Shown: positions 20,800-31,461 of the stretch, piece after piece | How the letters are laid out: each line of letters starts with the position of its first letter | Numbering within the stretch: position 1 is the first letter of the stretch | Assembly: GCA_004297205.1 (NCBI GenBank) | Contig: SCUL01000002.1 | Location: forward strand, 188,594-252,593 | Direction: 5' to 3' | From: Patescibacteria group bacterium | GTDB taxonomy: Bacteria > Patescibacteriota > Patescibacteriia > 2-12-FULL-57-11 | DNA length: 64,000 bases | The notes under the pieces: model-generated | Database searches by the model: none | Told to the model about the DNA's origin: nothing | Seen by the model: the letters and a program-made list of their open reading frames with translations, nothing else | Made by a program: the position numbers and the translations under genes

Positions 20800-22670
20800 G
20801 GCGTATGCCCAAGACAATAAGCGGCGATGCGTGAGAGCTCCCTCAAAAGCCGGCCGTTCTGCTGGCGCTGATCGTTGCCGTCCGGCGGCCGGACATCTCA
20901 ATGATACATGATCTAAACGTGCTGTAAGCTCGTCATATACAGACGCTTTACATACTCTGAGAACATGTACGTGATGCCTTCCGGTTTCCTACGTTCTCCA
21001 ATATTCGTGATTGGTGGATAACCGCTATGCGCATAGACCGCCAGCCGCGGAGCAACAGATTCCGGCACAACGCGCCGGAATTCAGCGTAGACGCGAGACG
21101 CATGTGCCGAGTTAGCAGTGACAAGAACGTTCAGCGATCTCCCTTTTATTTTTGCCAGCGCTTCGAGACGTCTTGCGACGAAACGAGCATTCCCTTCCGT
21201 GTCTACGGATTGCTCGTCGGGAATTAAAATATCGAACGGAACAACCGGAGGGAAATCTCCCAACGGCTTAAGCCCGGGCATTCCTTTGAATTTTTGATCG
21301 TATGTGTCAACCAACAGAGCAGCGATGGTTTCATCCGCCTCGCTAAACTGTGCCCGAGCCCCGCCATCCTCTTTGACGTCATGGGGTTGCTGCTTCCCCG
21401 CCGGAATTGCAAAGGCTTCAGGAAACGCATTCAGTGGTTCGCGAGCAAAATAGCCCTGGAGTCCGCCCTCATAGGACGCAAGAACGACGACAGCATCGAC
21501 GCTCCCCCACTTCTCTTTGATGTCTTCAAGTGAGTTCGCCTTCCCGGGGTGATTCTCGGGAAGCGATAAGTTTTCCATTGAACGTTCAAGAAGATCGCTC
21601 AGTTTTATATTTTCTTTCTCTGACGGATGAGCACCGTAGAGTTCGTCGAGTTCTTTGTACATCGCAACCCGTTCTTTGTTGTGAACAGCGTTATCAAGAA
21701 TCTTTGCAGAAAGTTCTCGGGCTCGATCCTGGTCGGCCGGAGAAAGCGATGCATTGAGTTTCTCAATGACAAAGGCAGCAAAAATATCCGACACGGAAAG
21801 TCGGCTCGGCCGCTCCGGATATGCCAAACTGTTTTTCGGATGATGAAATTTTTCTTCTTTCAGCAACAGACCGAGGTCTCTTGCCTCCGGAAAGAGTGAT
21901 TCGTAATCAATAGGAGCACCGCCATTCAAAGCATTGAAAATCGCACCGAAATCCGGATCTCTTATAGAGAGGCTGTAATCGGCCCAATCTCTTTTGTTTT
22001 TGACGACGCCGGCTTGATCGAGCGCCGGCCCCACCCTTTGCCAAAAACCGCTCTCCCGTAAGAGATCTGAAAATGTTTCAAACCGAAAACCGTATTTTTC
22101 AATATATGCATCGCGCTGATCGGCCGGATTGACGTGATCAATGTATGTGAGTTTGCAGATCGGCCTCTGATGAGGCACATCGACCACTGTGTCAAAACGA
22201 TCGTCAATAACCTTGCGACACCACTCCTGTTTTTCCTCACGAGCATCGGGGCCGAACTTTTTTAAAATACTTTCCGCTTCACGATTTGCCACTTCATCTT
22301 CCTGATCCCTTTCAAGACGCTCGATGAGGGGCTTGATCGTTCCAAGAAGCGAATCAAGAGATTCAAGTTGTAATGCAAGGGTCGCTTCGTCGGAAGTCTC
22401 GTCAAAAAAAATTTCCGCCCGGACTGAAGCGTTTTCCACTATCTTTTGAAGTTCTTGAGACGGGCGCTCTCTCATGGCTTTCCCGCCAATTGCTGCTTCC
22501 GCGCCAGAAGCTGCTCGCGACGAAGAAGAACGTACTCCTGCAATTTTTTTATTTTTTTGAGTGTATCTTTTTTCTGTGGTTTCGCCATAATGCCGTATAC
22601 GAGATAGCGCTTTCAACAAAAAACATCTTACATTGAGAGTGCTTCGCGTTCAAGACAGAGAAATCACCCG
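20800..22670. mobile_element. putative integrated single-gene islet (low-GC, no integrase) next to tRNA-Pro
   Basis: GC drops to about 45-50% across the cargo ORF versus about 65-70% in the flanks. It abuts a tRNA and is bounded by the imperfect direct repeats described above. Confidence 0.4.
20913..22619 (-). CDS. hypothetical protein (568 aa) with C-terminal DUF218/YdcF(ElyC/SanA)-like domain; cargo of low-GC islet 1
   Basis: A long ORF in an AT-richer segment. The C-terminal region ..DAVVVLASYEGG....LNVLVTANSAHASRVYAEF.. resembles the DUF218 'LVTSxxHMxRA' core. The N-terminal ~380 aa are unrecognised. Confidence 0.55.
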   Translation of the reverse strand: MLKALSRIRHYGETTEKRYTQKNKKIAGVRSSSSRAASGAEAAIGGKAMRERPSQELQKIVENASVRAEIFFDETSDEATLALQLESLDSLLGTIKPLIERLERDQEDEVANREAESILKKFGPDAREEKQEWCRKVIDDRFDTVVDVPHQRPICKLTYIDHVNPADQRDAYIEKYGFRFETFSDLLRESGFWQRVGPALDQAGVVKNKRDWADYSLSIRDPDFGAIFNALNGGAPIDYESLFPEARDLGLLLKEEKFHHPKNSLAYPERPSRLSVSDIFAAFVIEKLNASLSPADQDRARELSAKILDNAVHNKERVAMYKELDELYGAHPSEKENIKLSDLLERSMENLSLPENHPGKANSLEDIKEKWGSVDAVVVLASYEGGLQGYFAREPLNAFPEAFAIPAGKQQPHDVKEDGGARAQFSEADETIAALLVDTYDQKFKGMPGLKPLGDFPPVVPFDILIPDEQSVDTEGNARFVARRLEALAKIKGRSLNVLVTANSAHASRVYAEFRRVVPESVAPRLAVYAHSGYPPITNIGERRKPEGITYMFSEYVKRLYMTSLQHV

Positions 22671-22704
22671 AACCCGCCGTACGGCGGGCTTTGTGTTATG
22701 ATCG
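22671..22704. repeat. direct repeat, right copy bounding islet 1
   Basis: See the left copy. It includes a hairpin CCCGCCG-TA-CGGCGGG that looks like a degenerate copy of the tRNA-Pro terminator. Confidence 0.5.
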
Positions 22705-22806
22705 CGAGGTTCGACCCCAAGCTCCTGGTCTGCGCCTGCCGAGCATTGACGATTGCAAAAACCCTTACTACAGCGTATAGTACCGACGTCATTTTTCTTC
22801 ACCCGC

Positions 22807-23184
22807 ATGAAATTCCCCGTTCTCATCGCCCTGCTCGTGGTCCTCGCCGCCGGCGGTATCGGTGGCGGCATCTGGTACACCAACACCCAGCCCGGCGCGC
22901 TGGACGGTTTTGCGTCCTGCTTGGGCGAGAAGGGCGCCAAGTTTTACGGCGCCTTCTGGTGCCCGCATTGCGCCAACCAGAAGAAGCTGTTCGGCAAATC
23001 CGCCAAAAAGCTCCCTTACATCGAGTGCGGCGTCGCCGGCAACACCAGCGCCCAGACGCAGGTCTGCACCGATGCCGAGGTCAAAGGCTACCCGACCTGG
23101 GTCTTCGCCGACGCTTCCCGGCTGAGCGGGGAAATTCCCCTCCAGACGCTCGCCGAAAAGACGGGCTGCGCGCTCCCTTCCTGA
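22807..23184 (+). CDS. thioredoxin-fold thiol-disulfide oxidoreductase (CPHC active site), membrane-anchored
   Basis: ORF 22753..23184, with the start taken at the ATG at 22807 (MKFPVLIALLVVLAAG...). Active site FWCPHCANQK. Typical partner of bacterial VKOR. Confidence 0.7.
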   Translation: MKFPVLIALLVVLAAGGIGGGIWYTNTQPGALDGFASCLGEKGAKFYGAFWCPHCANQKKLFGKSAKKLPYIECGVAGNTSAQTQVCTDAEVKGYPTWVFADASRLSGEIPLQTLAEKTGCALPS

Positions 23185-23185
23185 C

Positions 23186-23626
23186 ATGAAAAAGATCGCC
23201 GCCGCAAATACCGCCATCACCGGCATCGGCACCGCCAACGCCGGCTACGCCCTCTGGCAGCACTACGCGCCGGCGGGTTCGGCGTTCTGCAACCTCTCCG
23301 CCACGTTTTCCTGCGACATTGTCAATAAAAGCCCGTTTTCTGAATTCATGGGCGTTCCAGTGGCCCTCATCGGCATCGTTGGCAACATCGCTTTGCTGGC
23401 AGCGGGCTTGTGGCTGTTGCGCCATCCGCGCAACGCCGCCGTGCTCTACCTGGCGCTGGCGCTCGGCGCGCTGGGATTCTCGCTGTACCTCACGGGCATC
23501 GAATTCTTCCTGCTCGGGGCCTTCTGCATCGTCTGCCTGTTCTCCCAGGGCATGACGCTCACCATCGCCGCGCTGGCCGTCCTTGCCTGGCGCAAGAGCC
23601 GCACGCCTGCTCCCGTCGCCGCCTGA
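23186..23626 (+). CDS. vitamin K epoxide reductase (VKOR) family protein
   Basis: Four or five TM helices; a loop Cys pair (FCNLSATFSCD) and a TM CxxC (FCIVCLF), characteristic of VKOR/DsbB-like quinone-linked oxidases. It starts 1 nt after the Trx-like gene's stop. Confidence 0.75.
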   Translation: MKKIAAANTAITGIGTANAGYALWQHYAPAGSAFCNLSATFSCDIVNKSPFSEFMGVPVALIGIVGNIALLAAGLWLLRHPRNAAVLYLALALGALGFSLYLTGIEFFLLGAFCIVCLFSQGMTLTIAALAVLAWRKSRTPAPVAA

Positions 23627-23627
23627 C

Positions 23628-24029
23628 ATGGAACACGGTCCCATCCCCGCCGCGCGCATCGCGGAAACAGCCGCCGTGCTGACGGAACCCGGCAAGCACG
23701 TGAAGCTTCTGGCAGGTGATTTTTCCGAACGCTACGCCGTGGCCGTGATCGTCTTGAACGACGTGATGCCCGAAGCAGAAATCCATGAAGCCGCGGCGGA
23801 CGTCTTCACGGTCGTCGAGGGCGGCGTCACCTTCACCCTCGGCGGCGCCCCGATCAACGACCGCATCGCCAAGCCGGGTGAACACAAGGCCGAACGGATC
23901 GAGGGCGGCAAAACGATCCGCGCCAATGTCGGCGACACCGTTTCCATCCCCCGCGGCGTCCCCCACCAGATGGACGCCCGCGGCGGCCGCGTCGTCATGC
24001 TGATCACCAAAGTGAACGACCTTTCCTGA
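23628..24029 (+). CDS. cupin domain protein
   Basis: ORF 23583..24029, with the start taken at the ATG at 23628, overlapping the VKOR stop (TGACATGG). Cupin-like motifs (VFTVVEGGVTFTLGG ... GDTVSIPRGVPHQ). Confidence 0.55.
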   Translation: MEHGPIPAARIAETAAVLTEPGKHVKLLAGDFSERYAVAVIVLNDVMPEAEIHEAAADVFTVVEGGVTFTLGGAPINDRIAKPGEHKAERIEGGKTIRANVGDTVSIPRGVPHQMDARGGRVVMLITKVNDLS

Positions 24030-24049
24030 ATCCGGGCGGTCCGCTATAC

Positions 24050-24245
24050 TGTCCGCAGCTCTCTCGACAACCGAATCCATCCAGAGCGACTGGGATCCGC
24101 AAGGAACGGGAACCGACCCGTCAGACCAGTCCGGCAACCTGTTTCGACAAGGTGCTCCGTTCGGCCTCGTTCCGAGGAAAGATGGGATATCGGCGCTCCG
24201 CCCATCCTTTCCGGATGGGCGTTTGCGTTCACATCAGGAGGAAAG
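24050..24245 (+). promoter_or_regulatory. structured 5' leader of metF: putative riboswitch (S-box/SAM-I-like elements) with terminator/antiterminator
   Basis: -10-like TATACT at about 24053. The ~180-nt leader contains CCGGCAACC and AAGGUGCU, which resemble conserved SAM-I core elements. Mutually exclusive pairings GGAAAGATGGG/CCCATCCTTTCC (antiterminator) and CCCATCC-tttccg-GATGGG+CGTTTGCGTT (terminator) lie just upstream of a strong SD (AGGAGGAAAG-ATG). Confidence 0.4.
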
Positions 24246-25124
24246 ATGTTCGCAACTCGCTTGTGGTCCTCGGCGGACGCGCCGCCGACGTTCTCCATGG
24301 AGGTCTTCCCGCCGCGGCCGGAACACGCCGCCGCGTTCCGCCAGACCATCACGGCGCTCGCCTCCTGCCGACCGGCGTTCTTCTCGCTCACCTGCGGGAA
24401 CGAAGCCGACCGGCGGCCCGCGACGCTGGATTGGGCGGCGCGCATCCAGAGGGAGACCGACACGCCGGTCATCGCGCACCTGACCTGCCTCGGGCAGTCC
24501 CGGGACGCGCTTCGGCGCGAAGTCGAGACATTGCTGGACGCCGGCGTCGCCAATATCCTGGCGCTGCGCGGCGACATGCCCCGCACGGGCGCGCCGAGCG
24601 TCGGCTTCCGGCACGCCGCCGAGCTCATCGCGGAGCTGCGCACGCTGCGCCTGCCGTTGTGCATCGGCGCGGCCTGCCACCCGCAGGGCCATCCCGAGGC
24701 GGCAAATGCGGATGCCGATCTGCGGCACCTGCGCGAGAAGGTCGATGCCGGCGCGGACTTCCTGGTGACGCAGGCCATCTTCGACGTCGCGACCTTCACG
24801 GCATTCCTGCGGCGGGCGCGGACGGCCGGTGTCGGCGTCCCCGTCCTACCCGGCATCCTCGTCCCGGCAGGCGCGGCCCAGATCCAGCGTTTCGCGCAGC
24901 GCTGCGGCGTCCGTCTGCCGCGGGGGCTGCCGAGCTGGTTCCGGATTGAAGAAGCGCAAGGAGGTGAGCTGGCGGGGCTCACGCACGCCGCGGAACTCGC
25001 CGTCGCGCTGCCGCGGTGCGGCGCACCGGGGGTCCACCTGTTCACCATGAACCGGGAGGAACCGGCGCAGCGGCTCCACGCCCGCCTCCGCCGCATGACG
25101 GCAGGAACGCGAACGCCCTCCTAG
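24246..25124 (+). CDS. metF: 5,10-methylenetetrahydrofolate reductase
   Basis: MEVFPPR, FFSLTCGN, VIAHLTC and NILALRGD are MTHFR-family hallmarks. Confidence 0.85.
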   Translation: MFATRLWSSADAPPTFSMEVFPPRPEHAAAFRQTITALASCRPAFFSLTCGNEADRRPATLDWAARIQRETDTPVIAHLTCLGQSRDALRREVETLLDAGVANILALRGDMPRTGAPSVGFRHAAELIAELRTLRLPLCIGAACHPQGHPEAANADADLRHLREKVDAGADFLVTQAIFDVATFTAFLRRARTAGVGVPVLPGILVPAGAAQIQRFAQRCGVRLPRGLPSWFRIEEAQGGELAGLTHAAELAVALPRCGAPGVHLFTMNREEPAQRLHARLRRMTAGTRTPS

Positions 25125-25156
25125 GCAGGAGGGCGTCTTTTTTTGGATTCCCGCGA

Positions 25157-25717
25157 TTAAGCGTCGTCGTGGCGCACCAAGACGCGGCGATCGAGCAACC
25201 CTTCACGATGCTGCACGGCCCAGGAGGCCGCCGCGTAGCAACCAAAGAACACGCCGGTGAACAGCAGGTCGCCCAGGAGCGTATTGCGGAAAAACGGAAT
25301 GGCCATGGCGTAGGACTCGGCCAGCCCGGCCCAGGTCGGGGCGTACAACGGCGACCACATCCAGACCGCCCAGTTGGTGACCAGGTAGAACAGGACCGAA
25401 CCGGCCAGCGCGATGACGCCGTTGCGACGAGCCAAGGAGCCCAGAGAGCGTCCCTCGAACCGTGCCAGGAGCGCGCCTGCGCCCCACACTGCGGCGTAGA
25501 CCAGCGCGATGCTCGTCGTCATTTGCCACCGGTCGAAGCCGATCACCGCGTCGGCGGCAAAGGAACCGGCCAAGGGCGCGATCCAGCCCCAGCGGCGCGG
25601 CAAGACGGCACCCGCGAACAACATGGCCGCGGCGGTCGGCGCGACGTTCCAGGGGTGGTCGGCGACACGCAGGATGTAGGTGGCGAGCGCCAGGATGACG
25701 GCGACGAGGATGTTCAT
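25157..25717 (-). CDS. integral membrane protein (~6 TM), possibly an ECF-type substrate-capture (S-component-like) protein for a corrinoid
   Basis: ORF trimmed to the ATG at 25717 (MNILVAVILALATYIL...). About 187 aa and hydrophobic throughout. It is last in the nrdJ-cobA-DUF4430 operon. The functional guess comes from context only. Confidence 0.45.
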   Translation of the reverse strand: MNILVAVILALATYILRVADHPWNVAPTAAAMLFAGAVLPRRWGWIAPLAGSFAADAVIGFDRWQMTTSIALVYAAVWGAGALLARFEGRSLGSLARRNGVIALAGSVLFYLVTNWAVWMWSPLYAPTWAGLAESYAMAIPFFRNTLLGDLLFTGVFFGCYAAASWAVQHREGLLDRRVLVRHDDA

Positions 25718-25722
25718 GGCGA

Positions 25723-26166
25723 TCACATCTTCAGGTTGATGAACTTCCACTCGATGACGTCCCCATTTTGAAGCTTGTAGGCGTCCGAGGCGACCTGGCC
25801 CATGCGGTTGTTCTCGTACCACAGCCAGTATTTGCCGTCGGTGCCGCCGGCCATGGAGCCGATCTGGTCGATCAGAATGCCGTACGGGCCGGGCGGCTGG
25901 AATTTGAACGTCAGCCCATCTCCTTCGATGGCCGTCTTGGTGGCGTCAAACAGGGTTTGCCCCTCGGTAAAAGCAACGTTCTCGTACGTTTTGACCGTCC
26001 CATCGCCGTAATCGAACATCAGGGAGACGGACTGCGCAGCCGTCTCGGATGCCGGGGCATTCACAACGGGCCCTTCGACGCGGCTCAGGGCAGGCCCAAA
26101 GCTCCAGCCGAGCAGGAACGACGCGGCGGCAACGACGATGAAGGCGGCGGCAAGTTTGGCTTTCAT
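25723..26166 (-). CDS. DUF4430 domain protein (transcobalamin-like corrinoid-binding fold)
   Basis: ORF trimmed to the ATG at 26166 (MKAKLAAAFIVV..), directly after the cobA stop. Signal anchor; motifs ..LFDATKTA..DQIGSMAGG..GKYWLWYENN..GDVIEWKF are typical of DUF4430. Confidence 0.6.
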   Translation of the reverse strand: MKAKLAAAFIVVAAASFLLGWSFGPALSRVEGPVVNAPASETAAQSVSLMFDYGDGTVKTYENVAFTEGQTLFDATKTAIEGDGLTFKFQPPGPYGILIDQIGSMAGGTDGKYWLWYENNRMGQVASDAYKLQNGDVIEWKFINLKM

Positions 26167-26167
26167 A

Positions 26168-26746
26168 TCAATAATCCAGTCCTTCACGGGCCGAGGCGCC
26201 CTTGTAGAAATAGTGCTTGACGAGCCTCATCTCGGTCACCAGGTCAGCGCGCTCGCGCAGCGCTTCCGAGGCGTCGCGGCCGGTGCAGATTATCTCCACG
26301 TTTGCAGGCCGCGCGTCAAGGGCCGCTAGCACGGGCGCCTCAGGCAGCATGCCCAGCGCCATGGTGCAGTTGATCTCGTCCAAAACGATCAGATCATGCT
26401 CCCCGCTCCGGATGAAGCGCTCCGCTTCGGCCCAGCCGCGGGCCGCTTCGGCCTTGTCCTCGTCGGTCACGCCGAACCGGAAACGACCGGTCACCGGATC
26501 GATCCGGTCGAGCCCGCAGGCCACCAAGGTCAGCGCGCCGTGCATGGGCGTTTGCTGTTCGGCCAACCAGCGCAACAGCGTCCGCTCGCTGTAGTGGGTG
26601 CCGCCCTTGTCGAACCAGACGATGGCCACGCGTTTACCGACGGCGAAGGCGCGGAGTGCCGTGCCCAGCGCAGCCGTGGTCTTGCCTTTGCCGTTGCCGG
26701 TAAAGACCTGAAGTCTCCCCCACTCCTCGGGGGCGCGATTGTTCAT
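26168..26746 (-). CDS. cobA: cob(I)yrinic acid a,c-diamide / cob(I)alamin adenosyltransferase (CobA/BtuR/CobO family)
   Basis: ORF trimmed to the ATG at 26746. P-loop-like VFTGNGKGKTTAALG and the CobA/BtuR family signature (WFDKGG...LVVLDEI). Confidence 0.85.
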   Translation of the reverse strand: MNNRAPEEWGRLQVFTGNGKGKTTAALGTALRAFAVGKRVAIVWFDKGGTHYSERTLLRWLAEQQTPMHGALTLVACGLDRIDPVTGRFRFGVTDEDKAEAARGWAEAERFIRSGEHDLIVLDEINCTMALGMLPEAPVLAALDARPANVEIICTGRDASEALRERADLVTEMRLVKHYFYKGASAREGLDY

Positions 26747-26779
26747 ATTGCTTGTCTGGGCGGACACATTGGTCCGCCC

Positions 26780-27040
26780 CTACACCTGGGTTTCCTCGTC
26801 GCTCACGGCGTGACCGATCAAATCAGGCGCGCCCTCGAAGATGTCCTCTTCCTTCTCTCCCACCGCTTCCTCGCGGTAGTTGCGGATGAGCGTGCGCAAC
26901 GACTCGCGGTCGGCGACGACCGCGGCCAGGGTGTCGAGTTCCTCGTCCGGCGTCTCCGCCAGGATTTCTCCGGCCAGTTCTTCGTCTGCCTTGCCCAAAT
27001 CCAGTTTCTGGATCTGGGCGCGGAGGGTGTCGCGCGTCAT
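26780..27040 (-). CDS. small acidic hypothetical protein (~86 aa)
   Basis: ORF 26780..27064, with the start taken at the ATG at 27040 to avoid overlap with nrdJ. Highly D/E-rich with no recognised domain. It lies between nrdJ and cobA in the same orientation. Confidence 0.4.
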   Translation of the reverse strand: MTRDTLRAQIQKLDLGKADEELAGEILAETPDEELDTLAAVVADRESLRTLIRNYREEAVGEKEEDIFEGAPDLIGHAVSDEETQV

Positions 27041-27041
27041 A

Positions 27042-30215
<3,174 letters not shown>

Positions 30216-30280
30216 ACCCCCCTGCTTGAAGATGGATAAAGCGTAACGCCCTGACTATAACACACTCTGGCTCCTCCGTA

Positions 30281-30329
30281 ACACAAGATATTGTGTGTGG
30301 ATAACCACGTGGACCACAATATGTTGTGT
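30281..30329. promoter_or_regulatory. tandem NrdR boxes upstream of nrdJ
   Basis: ACACAAGATATTGTGT (about 30281-30296) and CCACAATATGTTGTGT (about 30314-30329) match the NrdR palindrome consensus acaCwAtATaTwGtgt. Their centres are about 32 bp apart, as is typical for NrdR operators. Confidence 0.6.
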
Positions 30330-30358
30330 TGTACGACCCTTCCCGCGCGAAAATCCCC

Positions 30359-30934
30359 CTAAAACGGCATGGTCAGGTTCACGGGCGGGCGGCTTTGGGG
30401 AATCTCGATCGTGACCGGCACCACGACCTCCGTCCCCTGCCGGTCCTTGTACTTGAGATGCCGGTACTCCCGCGCGTAGTCGAACAGGTCCTTGGTCACC
30501 TTCACGTCCTGCAGGCAGTACTCGCGCAGCTTGTCGATCTCGCCCTTCTTCCAGTACTCCACGGCCATGAGTCCGGTGCCGCTCTTGCCGATGCCGAGCG
30601 TCCCCTGAGCCACGTCGTCGAGCTTCAGCCGGAAACCGATCTGCTTCTCCAGGATGTACATCAGGTCGATCGCCGGCAGCTTGGTGAGGTCGCCGGGGTA
30701 GTAGCCGTTCAAGACCGGCAGGTCGAAGCCGACGATGTTGTAGCCGATGACGACGCTGGCCTGTTCCATCTTCTTCCAGAGAGCCGGCAAGTCGGCCTCC
30801 AGATACGTCGTATACTGCCCGTCGGCGTAATCGTACGCCCCGACCAGGGATACCTTGAGCAATGACGGGTCGTATTTGCCGACCTCCTGGAAGGTGTTCT
30901 GGGTTTCGATGTCGAAGACGAGCGGGAAGCTCAT
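30359..30934 (-). CDS. DEDDh-type 3'-5' exonuclease domain protein
   Basis: ORF trimmed to the ATG at 30934 (MSFPLVFDIETQN..). Exo I motif FDIET, Exo II YNIVGFDLPVL, Exo III with His (EYCLQDVKVTKDL). Confidence 0.7.
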   Translation of the reverse strand: MSFPLVFDIETQNTFQEVGKYDPSLLKVSLVGAYDYADGQYTTYLEADLPALWKKMEQASVVIGYNIVGFDLPVLNGYYPGDLTKLPAIDLMYILEKQIGFRLKLDDVAQGTLGIGKSGTGLMAVEYWKKGEIDKLREYCLQDVKVTKDLFDYAREYRHLKYKDRQGTEVVVPVTIEIPQSRPPVNLTMPF

Positions 30935-31030
30935 GGGAGTCGGGAAAACCACGGCTATGATACGGCCGACCGCGCGGTCGGGCAACGCTCCATGCTATAC
31001 TTGGAAACGTTCGCTTTTTCACCATTCCCT

Positions 31031-31426
31031 ATGCGCCGTCTCGCCGTTATCCCCACGTTCGCCGCCTTGCTCCTGCTCGGTGCCGGCTGCGCCGCCGCGC
31101 CGTCAAGTGCGCCGGAGTCCGCACCGGCCGCCGTGACGCCGTCGTCCAACCAAGGCATCGTCATCATGGTCGACGAAAACGGCTTTTCCCCGGCGACCAT
31201 CACCGTCCCGGCAGGAACGGAAGTCACCTTCAACAACACCGGGAGCAGTCCGCACCAGCCCGCCTCGGCCGTCCACCCCACGCACCAGCAGCTTCCGGGA
31301 TTCGATGCCCTGCGCGGCCTGCGGCCGGGCGAAAGCTACTCCTACACCTTCACGAAGGTCGGCACCTGGAAATACCACGACCACCTGAACCCGTCGCGGA
31401 CCGGCTCGATCACGGTCACGGAATAA
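31031..31426 (+). CDS. cupredoxin-like (plastocyanin/azurin-type) lipoprotein
   Basis: ORF 30992..31426, with the start taken at the ATG at 31031 (MRRLAVIPTFAALLLLGAGC, a lipobox). C-terminal motifs HQPASAVH...YHDHLNPSRTGSITV resemble type-1 copper ligand spacing (His...Cys/His...His...Met-like). Confidence 0.55.
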   Translation: MRRLAVIPTFAALLLLGAGCAAAPSSAPESAPAAVTPSSNQGIVIMVDENGFSPATITVPAGTEVTFNNTGSSPHQPASAVHPTHQQLPGFDALRGLRPGESYSYTFTKVGTWKYHDHLNPSRTGSITVTE

Positions 31427-31430
31427 CAAC

Positions 31431-31461
31431 AAAAAACCGGCCTGCGAAGGCCGGTTTTCTT
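31431..31461. terminator. bidirectional intrinsic terminator between the cupredoxin gene (+) and murA (-)
   Basis: AAAAAA-CCGGCC-TGCGAA-GGCCGG-TTTTCTT. It has A-tracts on one side and T-tracts on the other. Confidence 0.6.

Noticed and set aside
22690-22712. tRNA-like GGTTCGACCCC segment just after the right repeat of islet 1
   Set aside because: It resembles only a T-loop. No acceptor, D or anticodon arms can be folded around it. It is probably a chance match or a degraded fragment.
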